Assembly (NCBI RefSeq): GCF_964204865.1 | Contig: NC_135255.1 | Span: forward strand, 21,824,001 to 21,888,000 | Source of the DNA: Styela clava | Lineage: Eukaryota | Direction of reading: 5' to 3' | Length of the DNA: 64,000 nt | In this document: one piece after another, positions 13,808 to 27,070 of the stretch | Layout of the letters: every line of letters begins with the position of its first letter | Numbering within the stretch: position 1 is the first letter of the stretch | Program-made: the position numbers and the translations under genes | The notes under the pieces: model-generated | Seen by the model: only the letters and a program-made list of their open reading frames with translations | Databases searched by the model: none | What the model was told of the DNA's origin: nothing

Positions 13808-14796
13808 GATTTGAAATAAACTGTTTACATTTATAGATTAACTGGATGACTAGAATGAGAAAATAAATTCGTTTTATTTCTGAAAAATAAAACAAAAAAG
13901 TAGGTTTGTATAGGGTAATAAGGTGGGCCAAAGTCAGTACCATATTACATGGAATTTTGCATTGTGGGCAAAAAACCTCCCTCATACGCCCCCAACTAGT
14001 TTAAACTTGTTCCAAACACCATAAAAACCTTCACAGAGAATATCTCTTCCAACCTGTAAAGAATAAGGACAATTGAATGTTTCTTTTTTGGACTTCTCAA
14101 TAAAAGTACTGAGTTGCGATTTTTTTTTCAATTTTTTTATTTCTGACCCTCCAAATGAAAAAGTTTTTTTTCCCAAATATTTTTCATAAAGTGACAAGAT
14201 TTTTTGTTGTATAATTATTGCTGCTGTTATTAACTACAGTATCAAAACAAAATAAAATGGGAAATATCAAATAAAAGTAGATTTGGGTGGGTTTTAAACA
14301 AATTCTCAAAATGGGGCCAAAGTCAACCCGTGAGGTCAAAGTCACCCCGTTTTACGCCGTAAAGCGGGGTGACTATGACCCATTTTTGGTCTTTCAGTCA
14401 AAATATCTCGAATATTAAAAATCTATGAATTGCTATTCCGGGTCCAAACTATGCATTTTAGAGGGGGTATACGTCGTGCATAATCATTGAACCAAAATAT
14501 TTGTTTTTTCTATATTATTTTTTTTAATTTACGGTGGGCCAAAGTCACCAGCAATTTCGGTACCACTTTGGCCCAGTGCCTATTTCTCCCCATAAATTAA
14601 GCTGTACCCATACTGAGACAAAGAAAACATTTATTACAGTGGGCTTTGGCCCACAGAGACTTTTTAAAAAAACAGAAACCCCAAAAAAATTAGAACACTC
14701 AACGAAATCGGCCATTTTATAATGGCACTGCAAAAATCAAAATTAAACATGTCTGTATTCATTCATAGCAGTTGATATCATGGCAAAAAGGTCAGT

Positions 14797-16744
14797 TCAG
14801 TTCAATTCAGACACTTTATAGATGCCTCGCGCATTTATGAGATCTGGGGGACTGATACAACGTTTTATGCTGCTCCAGTCGTAAAAAATCTGATCTTTCC
14901 GAAATGGCCATCTCCAGTTACATCCAGACTTCTCCATGACACTCACCTCGCACCCGTCAGTTGTGCGGGTTTTGACAATTCCAGGGTATAATTCACCCTC
15001 ATACGAAATTATAACATAATCACCAATGTTGCATTCTTCAAATGGCAAGTGATGAGCAGTTGAAACTACAGAGTGAGAGTTGGATGATTCAGGAGTAGAG
15101 GCTTCATCGCATTCATCGTCTGAGGAAACAATTTCAACCGTTGAATCTGAATCTTCAATATTTTGATTTGCTTGAGCTTTTTTTGAAACCGTTTTTTCAA
15201 GTCTTGCCACATCTTCCTCACATGCGCTTTTCCCAGGTTCTACCTGAACCTTCTTTCTTGTTTTAGTTTCCTTTGCCACAGAAGATCTTAAATCTGAAAT
15301 TTTCTCAAGAAATTTTTCACTGATAACATCAGAATCATCATGACTCGTAGTTCTTGGTAATCTACTGAGAACTTCTTCTTTATTGAGCGGAACAAGTCCT
15401 GCTTTTTTAAATCCTGCAACTAGGTTGTTTGCTCCCCTGACATCAAGAGCAAAGCAGAGTTTGTTCAAAAGTGCTGGAAACTCATCTTTTCTTAGCGTTG
15501 CGGATGTCTGCCTTCTTTCTTTACTTTTCACAGAATTCAATATCGATCTCCAAGCGACTTTCATTGGCCTGAAATAGGCAATATCCAGGGGTTGGGTGAG
15601 GTGCGTCGAATTAGGCGGTAGACATATGAAAGCTATATTGTGATCAAGACATGATTTCAGAACATCTGGACTGATATGGGAGGATAAATTATCCCCAATG
15701 AGAACTTTTTTCCCATTTTGACGCTTCAGCCTAGGCAGCACCATTCGATTAAACCAATCTTGAAAACTAAATCCATCAAACCAGCCTGATCTTGATCTGT
15801 TGTATAGTGTCCCTGGTGGTCCTCCTTCAACCCAAGTGCTCCACAGATTCTCGGCTTTGTACACTACATACGGTGGCATCACTGCTCCTGCTGCATTCCC
15901 ACAGAACATCAAACTTATTGCAGATTTTGTCGAATTCAGGATTCTTTCTGGGTATTTGCAGCCGCGCTTGCATATTATCTTCTTTTGCCCTAAAAATAAA
16001 TGCTTTGATCACAATACAGTAATATTTATTATCCATACTAGACTGCAAGCCAAAGTGAAATTTTACATAACACCATAAATAGTTTAAAATTTGATTTGAC
16101 GCAGTAAATATTTTAAAAAAGGGGATTAACAAAGAACGCTTGAAAAATTGAATACCGTAGTACTGTATATACTTAAAAGCAAAGTCACTCATACCTGGGT
16201 CATCAGTTAAGTTTGTTTCATCATAATTCCAAATATTTTCCGGGGGCACATCATCCAACTCTTCTTCGATGTTTTCAAAATATTTTTCAATAGTCTCACT
16301 CGATACCCCTGCCCTTTTCTTTTTTATATTCGTTGCGAATCGCACCGTTAGTTCTGAGTGCCTTTTTAAGAATGCTTTCACCCATTCAACTCCAGGATAA
16401 TTGCTGTGAAATTTACTGACAGTCACTCCTTTTGCATCAAGATAAGCTTTAACTATGCTTCTCAAATCTTCCTGTGCTATCGGAAAACCAAAACTGCTTA
16501 CGGCTATGCAGTGCTCCACTAGAATTTTCTCAGTTTCTGCAGATAAAACTGTTTGCCCACCAAATTTTTTCATGTGCCTCAGTTTCAACTTATTCTTCAA
16601 AGTACTCCTAGGTATATTGAACTGTGCTGCAACGTTTCTTTGCGATTCTCCCCTTTTAATTGCTTCCAGAGCTCGCTGAAGTTTTTTCTCACTATAATCA
16701 TGGTATCTTCTACTGCCCAAAACACGACTGAATTTTCTCACCAT
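14797..16744 (-). CDS. pogo-like transposase, copy 6 (intron 15990-16194)
   Basis: Identical to copy 1 at +14685. Confidence 0.93.
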
Positions 16745-17641
16745 GATTTGAAATAAACTGTTTACATTTATAGATTAACTGGATGACTAGAATGAGAAAA
16801 TAAATTCGTTTTATTTCTGAAAAATAAAACAAAAAAGTAGGTTTGTATAGGGTAATAAGGTGGGCCAAAGTCAGTACCATATTACATGGAATTTTGCATT
16901 GTGGGCAAAAAACCTCCCTCATACGCCCCCAACTAGTTTAAACTTGTTCCAAACACCATAAAAACCTTCACAGAGAATATCTCTTCCAACCTGTAAAGAA
17001 TAAGGACAATTGAATGTTTCTTTTTTGGACTTCTCAATAAAAGTACTGAGTTGCGATTTTTTTTTCAATTTTTTTATTTCTGACCCTCCAAATGAAAAAG
17101 TTTTTTTTCCCAAATATTTTTCATAAAGTGACAAGATTTTTTGTTGTATAATTATTGCTGCTGTTATTAACTACAGTATCAAAACAAAATAAAATGGGAA
17201 ATATCAAATAAAAGTAGATTTGGGTGGGTTTTAAACAAATTCTCAAAATGGGGCCAAAGTCAACCCGTGAGGTCAAAGTCACCCCGTTTTACGGTACTTA
17301 TTATGGCATGATATCTCCGTGGCCAAGTGACAGTTATGGGATCGATACTAGAACCAAAAAATATCTTCCCCCGCTTTATATGTAAGATTTTGAAAACACT
17401 GTTCCATACAAATCATGACTTCATGCACTGAAGTATATTTATTCTCATTTTGGATAATATATATTGCTTTGTTAATCTTAATTGTTGCAATGAGCATTTT
17501 TCAAAAATCTTGAATCACAAATTTGTGTAAACTAAATTTTTATAACATTCCTACTTGAGACAACTTACCGGTACTTGAGCTTTGAGCTTCAACCCTTCTA
17601 ACAATTTTAAAGCTTTTAGATTATTAAACTAAACAACATAC

Positions 17642-20600
17642 TTATCTGAACCTCCATGTTTGTTAGTCTTATGAGGAATTTCATCATTCCATATTATCTC
17701 TCCTATGTTGCTTCCATTTGTCCGAATCTCAAAGAGTAATCTTTCATTGAATGCTTTTTGGAGCAAGTCATTAAGGTAGGGGTGAGGCAAATATTCAATT
17801 AATTCCTTGGCCTCATATGAAACACCCTGCAAAATTAAACATAATAAATCATTCAACTTTCATCTTTGATACTTTGTTAAAACTGGTATAAACACCAGGT
17901 CATATGTTAAGCTTTAAACTAAAATCTCTGCAACTCAAGATTGTTTGGAATAAAATTGATGATTCCTTAGAAGCAGACAGTTGCAAAAGCATTAGTTGGT
18001 AATTTTGACGGGGGGATGTTTTCAAATAGCAAGTACTAATATATAAGGCAATACTTTAATTGAACAATCGGAATCTTTCTCTCTTAACATTGGATATCAA
18101 AACATTTGATTTCTGGTGAGGAGGAGGGCACACGTTTGAACAGAACAGCATCAGTGGCTCCTCATGCAGAGTTGTCTTTAAATAATATTCATTAAAAGGG
18201 AGTTTTAAATCTTTTAAAAAAGAAATCAACTATAATATAGCTATGATTAGGAGCAGAGTTAAAATATGATGAAACTAACGTTTTACTGATACACAAAAAA
18301 TCTACTGATATGTAAGAGGTTATTATGAAAGGACCAACATATTTTCAGGCACTGCATGCTTGCCAATTTATTTACATTGTTGGTGAGGTCGTGGATCTGG
18401 GATTTGAGGATTAATATGGAGAGAAGTAGCTAAACTATGTTGGCATTACAGGTTAAAAATCTTGGATTCAAGCACATTACTCAGTGCATAATGAAACAGG
18501 TAGGAGTATTTGATAAATTAGGTAGGCAATGCAACCAGACAGATTTCAGTACTACAATAAATAGTAGTGCCTTGCGTATCAGTGGCTGCTCATACATTTG
18601 GAATAAAAGACATGACAAAAGTTTCATAGAAAAGAATTTCATATTAAAAAGTTGACATTTTAGGCATTTGGTATCTTATAGTCGGACGAAATATCAGACC
18701 TAAGATAAATTATTCTTTGCACCAATTATTGCCAAAATTGAATAAACACTATTCCTGAAATAACATTCTCTGATATGGAATTGGGACATGTTCAACAGGA
18801 GTCTGAGAAAATCACAGTACAATTACATATGTGAAAATTTAATTCAGTAATGCAGAATAACTGATATAAACACAGCTTGGATTGATTTTTGCAATTTGCA
18901 ATGTCAGATTTTAAAGAAAGTCATACAATTTTCTTAGGGTGTAATGGAATTCAATTAATATTTAACCACTATTAATCAAATTTGTATTTAGAAGTTTTAA
19001 TTCTAAAACGTAAAATCAATATAAATCAACACAAGCAAGAATCTTGGTTCAGGTAAATATATAATTTAATATTCAACCAACTGAATTCATTATATGACTC
19101 ACATTTAGACTTCCAGCAGGGAATGAGTAGGTGATGACAAAAGTGTACAACTCTACACAACCTGGCAGTGATTCACGCAACCTTTCCACTGACATTCTTC
19201 CACCAGGTGGTTGTTGGTTGATGATTCTTAGACCAGATGAGCTAGCTTGACTTGAAGACTGAGATTCTGTAAATTGAAAATTATTTTAGTGAAAGATGAT
19301 CACAAGACATGATTCTGATTACGCTTAGAATAAAACAATAGGGCATTTTGTAATATTATATATATAAGCCCTTATGAAATCTTATAAGCCCCCACGACAG
19401 TGCTAGGCTCAAATCGTGTAATATATTTTTACCAATGCTTTTGCATATGAGTAATATTGAATATTTTATAAGAATCTACAATTATCTGTAAGTAACGACA
19501 TTGCCTGCCCAATCTGTTACACCCTGGGTGAGGTGTGGGATTTGAACCAGGGAGGCGTAATCTGCAATGGCAACGGCTAAGCCCAATGCTTCAACCACTG
19601 TGTCATCACCAACTGGATATTGGTTCATTTGGTTTTAACCTCGTTACTTTTAAAACAGGAATGAATGAAGTTGAGGTGACCTATTTTCCTAATTATGCTA
19701 AATATTATATCAGTGTTTATATTTTCTATGGATTAAAAATTATCACAATATTGTTCAGAATTATGTAAAACAATGAGCTAGACATGAACAATCCATAGTG
19801 AAATCAGACTCAGTGCTTACTTCAGTAATCTCAGTTATGAAACACAAATGCAGATTGTACCTGGAGTGTCCGTCCTGTTTCCACCCACTGCTCCCATCTG
19901 TGGTTCCTCGACATTCCTTGAGCTGTGAATACTCAATGCAGTGTTGCCCGGGGAAGTTACTGAATTTGCTCTAATACTTGTAGATGTTGGTTGCTGGACT
20001 GACTGATTAGAAGATTCTGAACTCTTTCTTGCCAGAGATAATATTTCATCAAAAAGTTTATCGTAGCATTTACGAGAGTCATTGACTAGAGTTTCCGAGC
20101 GGATGGTTTCTTCTAGAAATTTTAAGGGAAATTTTTTCAGGTCAAGAAGGCTGAACAGTTCATGAAAATTCTTTTTCCTTTTTTGAAGATCATGCTTTAT
20201 CCATCTAAGAGCTCCATGCCATTTAACAGTCTCAGAAGAATATTTTGTGTTTGGGGATTTGTAAATCCTTATGATGTCATCCTTGCTGATATCACAGAAC
20301 TCTTTTTTCTCAATGATTTGTTCGAAATTTGCTTCCAGGAATCGATTCATCACATTTGTCACAGTATTTGGGTTGGTAACTTGACGAGTTTCAGCCAGAT
20401 TCTTCAGGATGAAGCAGTTGTCAATCTCAAGATTTGTCTCAAGATTCTTGACATCAGAGAATAATGCAGTGATGACTGAATTCTTTGCAATGTCATTACT
20501 TTTCACCAGTGGTTCTTCCAACACAGTCTGCAGAAGAAATTTGAAAGGATAAGTCTGGATATTGATGACTGTTACAAGGTCGGCAAAACATCTGCATCTT

Positions 20601-21220
20601 TCTGCATCTTCATCTTTTGCTCTTGCCCATGTTATCATAGCTTGCCATGATGTTTGATAACTCACATTTGAAACTTTTATGTAACGCAGGAGATCTGGCT
20701 TAATAATGAACGGGAACATCTCAGAGGAAATTACTGATTTGAAATTAGTGATCAGCACCTGTTCTGCTTGTTCTTTTATATCAAGGCGATCGTACGCTTG
20801 AGCCAAATTGATGACAGAAAGACAATTGGTCTGAGAGAGATTGGTTTTCAAGTAATGAAAGCAAAAGTTTGTCAAGCCAACCATTTGTAACAGGTTGGAT
20901 GCTTGCAGGATTTGTTGAACATATTCCATTTTCAAATTTCCTACTCCTTTATACATGAATTCTATACATTGGGAAATCCCATTCTGATCGACATCCTTCA
21001 TATCGATAAAACCATCACGAGATTCTTTCATTTTGCTTGAAAACATCGCTTTAAAGTATCCTGACGACGCTGCCAAGACACAGCGATGAGCACGGAACGA
21101 TTTATCACCAACTTTGACATCAAAATTGCAGAGAATGTTTTGTTCTCTCAAGCTATCGAGTGATGTCATAAGCAAACCAGCTTGGGTTGAATTTGTTTTT
21201 TTAATGTAATTTTTATTCAT
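17642..21220 (-). CDS. BTB-BACK-BACK-Deltex C-terminal (DTC) protein, paralog 1, 3'-partial (exons 21220-19861, 19266-19103, 17826-17642; last exon expected left of the window, beyond the pogo array)
   Basis: BTB motif FRAHRCVLAASSGYFKAMF followed by two BACK-like repeats. GT-AG sites keep frame (phases 1, 0, 2) into QQPPGGRM...SLPG...VITYSFPAG and EYLP...LLQKAFNERLLF...IIWNDEIPHKTNKHGG, which match the Deltex C-terminal domain. Confidence 0.8.
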
Positions 21221-21956
21221 GATCAGTCAGCTCAACCTTACTCAGATCAGTAATTAAGTATAACAATTCTAACGCCTGCATAAAAATAATACCATTTTGT
21301 TAATCTCTGTGGTTCATCTTCCAAGCCAAAACAACAGTTTTTTTTTAACATAATAGATGAATTTGCTCTCGTCAACATATACTTTAGAAGTGCAGGTCTG
21401 AATGCAGGTCATAGTATAAGATAATGATGGATTGTAATAGTCTTCCCATGTTATATTATGTACCATAAAAAGTAGAAATAGTCACTACCTCAGAGACTAA
21501 TAAACAATACAATTATCTGATAATTGCGACTGGAAAAAATGGAATGGCATTTCTTCAAAATCTTTACAGCTTTATAGCTAGAAAACACAGATATATTTTG
21601 CAATAAGTAAGGATTCGTATAAACTACTTTATCTTAAAAACGGAATGATGTATTTCACCGAGAAAAAGTTTTTTTTATCTGTGCTAATAGTAAGTTTATT
21701 GGATATCAACAAAATTTGGCCCTACTATTATTTGTCACATTATAATTATAAGTTTATTTCGTCTCCATAATCTGATAATCAGCATAACAGGCAATAAAAT
21801 GATTGACAAACTGAAAATAAAAAAACTGATTATAAAAACAGGACTCAAATCTGATACTACTGTACTATAAATAGATACGGAAACTAGACTACAGTTCATC
21901 TCTTACAGTCTTATCACTGGTACCTATCACAGTCCTGCAGTCTGACAGTGATACAG

Positions 21957-22295
21957 TAGGAAGGAAGGATTTACATATTTATACCGGGTAGAGGAAAGCC
22001 GATAAGATGGCTTAATCATATGGAGAACGACGGCCTCTCGTCCGGTTACCGGTCAAGGTCGGGTATGGGATTCGTTAGCCAGTTTTTTGTTTTCGGAAGC
22101 ATGGACTTGGGGATGGTGGAGGAAGTGGTAACCGACCAGCGGTTACGTGAACCACCCTACGGCGGCAAGGAGTCCAGCAATCCTCTCGCACATGATCATC
22201 CCCGCATGGGATTCGAACCTGCGAACCCACGAAGGGTAATCAGAGATGCGGAGGCGAGCGTATCCCTAACGCTTAGCACGATGCGCCACACCGTC
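21957..22295 (-). mobile_element. tRNA-derived SINE
   Basis: Similar along its length to 23971-24304; B box GGTTCGAATCC on the minus strand and a short simple-repeat tail. Confidence 0.75.
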
Positions 22296-23602
22296 GAGCC
22301 GTACCGGTACCAGTGGCGGTACCGCATAAGGGTGTCGCCAGATGAGAAATGATTCAATTGCATAAACTATTACATAAACACACTATGTACACTATTACAT
22401 ACATTATCATACACTATTACATAAACTAGGATAAAATATAATATAGCATAAACTATTAGAGGATATTTCCCCTGAAGTGCCATCGCCCAACATACTTATT
22501 GATTCACAATATAATTTCATTCATCACTATGTTTTAAATGCAGCATAGTGAAGTTATGCAAAAATCTTAACATTTGCAACAGTCTGATTCTGACCTTTCA
22601 CCTCCACTCTGCGTGTAGGTTGCCAAGCCGAGTAGATTTGAATTGAAAAAAAAACGCTGAGTGCAACTGACTCAATCAATAAGCCTGGACCAAGAGTTGT
22701 TTTAAAAAAAATAAAATTAAGAAATATGAGTTAAAAAAATTATGATAATTTATATGCAATATGACATAACGTTATAATTTGGATAAAACGTCATTGCCCG
22801 TTTGTTCTGCATCAAACCTGGCCACTTTGCTCATACTAAAATCTTGAATATTTATGACGTCACAGGTCAAAGAATTGCTATAAACATTGATCTTTATGAT
22901 GTCATAATTTCATCTTAAAATATTTGTTCATCTTTGCGAGCATTCTTATCGTTAATTCAGGCACAAGGTCCGTTTCTAAGCAAAGATCCAGCATTTTCTG
23001 TTTGAGAGACAGTTCAGTAGAAAGAATTGGATATAGATGTAGTGTGGTGCACTCTCTGTGGATAATTCAAATGGTATAACGGACTATTTCCACAGGCCCA
23101 CTGCAAGCCAGGAACGCTAGACACATAAACACAGGTCAGTGTGAGATTGAATCTTTCGCTATTCATTATGCGGGGTTGTCGTATACTGAACTGATAGGAT
23201 TTATAACCGGATGTGCCACGAGGTGAAGGAAGATAACACGAACCCCGAATCACGTGGCGATAAAAACCCGTAATGTCCAACAAACCATTTACAAAATCAT
23301 TTCCTTAACGTCTCAAAATACAAATACACGTGGGGTATTTCGCGTTCAGCTTTAGAGATTTTAATTCCATAAGCAATGCTTAAAGACATATTGAAATTTT
23401 TTAGTAGAATTAAAGTACCAATTTTAAACATTATTTTGTGTAAGTCCGTATGCAGGACCGTCGAAGGTCATCGAGGCCCTTTACCATTTATTTATATCGT
23501 ACCTGTGATCGAATACAATACTGATCGGTGAGCAGCATATTAGAGCCGGACTCGCCTGTCGGACAACGCCAAACCCGCCTGCTAATTTCGAAGTTCAAGT
23601 AA

Positions 23603-23838
23603 GACAAGAGAGCTATGCTCAAATATATGGACACGTAGAGTCACATAATTTTGATGACGTCATAGCAACAAAAAAAGTAATAGCCTTCTGGAGAAAATTT
23701 TTATCTTTAACCACTGAAAATTTCAAAGCAATTGGTCCAGTATTCGAAGAGAAAAGCGACTTTTTAAAAACGTGTCAAAGAACAACAACAACAACATAAT
23801 ATTGAAACGATCGTTATGTCCACTACGTGTCCAATAAA
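23603..23838. repeat. Interspersed non-autonomous repeat (ACAAGAGAGCTA...GGACACG...(ACA)n...CGTGTCC), Helentron/DINE-like; relatives at ~24633-25078 and inverted at ~44880-45020
   Basis: Shared sequence at three sites; subterminal inverted repeat GGACACG/CGTGTCC flanking a microsatellite. Confidence 0.55.
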
Positions 23839-23970
23839 AGTCTATTTGTGATATTCCCAAATGAAAATGGCACACTCTCAGAAAAATTAAAGAGTTGATT
23901 CAAATTAAAATTCACAAGCGTATAATGAAAAATTCAACAACTAAATATAACTAAATCTAATGGCTGTTAG

Positions 23971-24304
23971 ATAGGATAGGATTTACATATTTATCCCAGG
24001 GGAAAGGAAAGCCGATAAGACGGCTTATCCATATGGCAAACCACGGCCTCTCGTCCGGTTACCATTCCAAGTCGGATATGGGATTAGTTATATATTGTTT
24101 GTTTTCGGAAGCATGGACTTGGTGGTGGAGGAAGCCGTAACCGACCAGCGGTTACGTGAACCACCCAACGACGGCGAAGAGTCCAGCAATCCTCTCGCAC
24201 ATAACCATCCCTGCATGGGATTCGAACCTGCGAACCCACGCAGAGTAATTAGAGGTGCGGTGGCGAGCGTATTCCTAAAGCTTAGCCCGTTGAGCCACAC
24301 CGCC
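23971..24304 (-). mobile_element. tRNA-derived SINE
   Basis: Minus strand starts GGCGGTGTGGCTCAACGG (A box), contains GGTTCGAATCC (B box) and ends in (CCTAT)n. Confidence 0.8.
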
Positions 24305-24432
24305 GCGAAGCGAATCGCCGCGGAGATCCAAGAAGCAATAATAAGGCTATGCCGAAAGCACGATATTCGCTCCGACAAAAATGTTGAAGGCCACTGATAT
24401 AGATCAACAGAGATTGAGTGCACACTCTAGCA

Positions 24433-25633
24433 GAGTGGTTCCCAAGTCTTTTTTATATCGCGGCCCACTTTTGAGCACTTTACGTATTCGCGACACACCT
24501 ATCACAAAACATAAACATTTTCTACTCATATAATACCATTTTGCTATAAAATAATGATAAACAGGGCAGATCAGATTAAGGGAAGTTTATTCATGTAAAT
24601 ACAACAAACCCTGTATTCAGTAACAAGTATAGAACAAGAGAGCTACGCCCAAATATATGGACACGTTTGTTCGCAGTACAGTACGGTTTACCATACCGTC
24701 GATCAGCGTAAGGAAAAAATCGTAGCAAAGTACCTTAAGGACTTCGTTACGAAGCATCGACGTTCGATGGCACGTGATCAAAAAGAAGAGGAGTGTCGGC
24801 TATGCGTCCGCAGAACGTTCGGTGACGTCATAGCAAATAAAACAAATATCACAGAGCTAACAGAAATATTTGAATTAAATAAAAGTAATAGCCTTCTGGA
24901 GAAAAATTTCATCTTTAACCATCTTTAACCTTTAAAATTTGGAAGCAATCGGTCCAGTAATGAAAGAGAAAAGCGATTTTTTAGATTTTCCACTAGATGT
25001 CCAAAAAGTATCAAAGAACAACAACAACAAAACCAACATAATATTGAAACGATCGTTATGTCCAATACGTGTCCAATAATAATGGTGAATTCTTTACTAC
25101 TGCTGCAATCTGTGGACGAATGTGAGAGATAAACACTCTTAACGCAGGCAATAGAGGGGGTGCGATAGTTGATCGCGAACAAATGTTTTTCATAGTTACC
25201 GATATTATAATAATCGTTTTCTTACAATAATGTACACGAGAGCGTTCGGAGTACCTCACATTATTGTAAAAGATGCTCCTCCGCGCGGGCAATATATGGT
25301 CTTCAAAAGTGAATTTTAGCTTCTGCGCCGACTTCGATATTTCTCCCCACCGTTTCTAAATTACTTGTCCCAATTTTAAACTAACAATATTACCATTTCT
25401 GACGCCGGAATGCGGATATCTGTAAAGACGATAGTTAACCTTCTTAAGATTTTACTTTTCTATTACGCCTGTTTTATTTTCCTATTATTTGAATAGTGAA
25501 TAAAAACTCGAAAAAGTCATTGTGTGAAAACTGAATGTTATTTTGAGTTTAAATAATGATACAAATTGGAGAATTTCCCACGGGCCACGGGACCCCTGAC
25601 AATATTTTACAGCACACCGGTTGAAAAACACTG
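24433..25633. mobile_element. Non-autonomous hAT element with a nested repeat
   Basis: 8-bp TSD CTCTAGCA at 24425-24432 and 25634-25641; imperfect TIRs GAGTGGTTCCCAA / CAGTGTTTTTCAA. Confidence 0.65.
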
Positions 25634-27070
25634 CTCTAGCATACTATGGTCTTTTCAAGCAAGGATAATTAACAGTCCTTTTGGTGCAGTTATTCCGGAG
25701 TTGTTAGCTTCGCAAGTGAGTATGACTTCGTTTAATGCAAGGTATAACCTTAGCGATTCTCTGCGGACTAGTTGAAGGCTGTACATAAATGTTCCCTGCC
25801 TTAGAGGTGGCTAGATAGGCAGGAAGACGAGAAACCATTCTAGACACAACATTAGCAGGAAAGCAGATGTTTTCTTTTTAAATCGTTTGTTTTGCTTGTT
25901 GTCCCATCGTGCAAAACGTTAGTCAAACGCATAGCGTGGGATTGAAGCTCGAAATCCAGTGACGATAATTATATGCGACAGCATGCTTGGGGTGTACAAC
26001 CTTTTGTCTATTGTCAGCCGCAATATGTTTTTGAAAAAAAAAACTACGACCGCTAAAGAGATCGGAGTCTTTTACGAGCTATAGCCTATTCAATTAAAGA
26101 GAGAGATGATTCATTTTTTCGTCAAACCAGAAAACATGATGATAATATGATAAATAATAACAAAACAACACATAATGCAGTTTTCGGTATGTGATTGGGT
26201 GATAACGATACGACCATATACGGTCATCTGAGTCAGTTACCACCCAATGCAAATACTTGTATGAATAAATTCAGACAGGTTCTGTTACAATATGAATTCT
26301 CAGTATATATATAACTATATACTTTATACACAGAAATCATCTGAATTGAAAAACACTGCTCTAGCATACTATGGTCTTTTCAAGCAAGGATAATTAACAG
26401 TCCTTTTGGTGCAGTTATTCCGGAGTTGTTAGCTTCGCAAGTGAGTATGACTTCGTTTAATGCAAGGTATAACCTTAGCGATTCTCTGCGGACTAGTTGA
26501 AGGCTGTACATAAATGTTCCCTGCCTCAGAGGTGGCTAGATAGGCAGGAAGACGAGAAACCATTCTAGACACAACATTAGCAGGAAAGCAGATGTTTTCT
26601 TTTTAAATCGTTTGTTTTGCTTGTTGTCCCATCGTGCAAAACGTTAGTCAAACGCATAGCGTGGGATTGAAGCTCGAAATCCAGTGACGATAATTATATG
26701 CGACAGCATGCTTGGGGTGTACAACCTTTTGTCTATTGTCAGCCGCAATATGTTTTTGAAAAAAAAACTACGACCGCTAAAGAGATCGGAGTCTTTTACG
26801 AGCTATAGCCTATTCAATTAAAGAGAGAGATGATTCATTTTTTCGTCAAACCAGAAAACATGATGATAATATGATAAATAATAACAAAACAACACATAAT
26901 GCAGTTTTCGGTATGTGATTGGGTGATAACGATACGACCATATACGGTCATCTGAGTCAGTTACCACCCAATGCAAATACTTGTATGAATAAATTCAGAC
27001 AGGTTCTGTTACAATATGAATTCTCAGTATATATATAACTATATACTTTATACACAGAAATCATCTGAAT
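25621..27070. repeat. Recent tandem duplication of ~725 bp (25621-26345, 26346-~27070)
   Basis: Two nearly identical copies starting TTGAAAAACACTGCTCTAGC. Confidence 0.92.

Larger units (their letters stand above)
1..17294 (-). mobile_element. Head-to-tail tandem array of a pogo-family (Tc1/mariner-related, DD35D) DNA transposon; at least 6 copies, period 2937 bp, left end beyond the window
   Basis: Every ORF recurs with identical translation at +2937. Units: <1-2608, 2609-5545, 5546-8482, 8483-11419, 11420-14356, 14357-17294. 24-bp TIRs CCGTAAAGCGGGGTGACTATGACC and (reverse complement of right end) CCGTAAAACGGGGTGACTTTGACC, 2 mismatches. The last copy ends ...TTTTACGG followed by TA (17295-17296). 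Confidence 0.96.

Noticed and set aside
18240-18330. C/D-box-like ATGATGA...CTGA in the intron, also in paralogs 2 and 3
   Set aside because: Antisense to the host gene, short, the C box varies among paralogs, and I could not identify a guide or terminal stem.
19835-21220. Kelch-like (KLHL) gene call, also for 40055-41437
   Set aside because: No Kelch repeats are visible; the in-frame downstream exons encode ZU5-like and DTC domains.
23971-24304. tRNA gene (also 21957-22295 and degenerate A/B-box pieces near 19540, 31100, 34120, 57790, 62000)
   Set aside because: A/B boxes are followed by a non-tRNA body and simple-repeat tail, with no clean cloverleaf; these are SINEs or SINE relics.
22020-24423. 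100-111 aa ORFs at 22020-22352, 24088-24423 and 24095-24397
   Set aside because: Chance frames within SINE copies.
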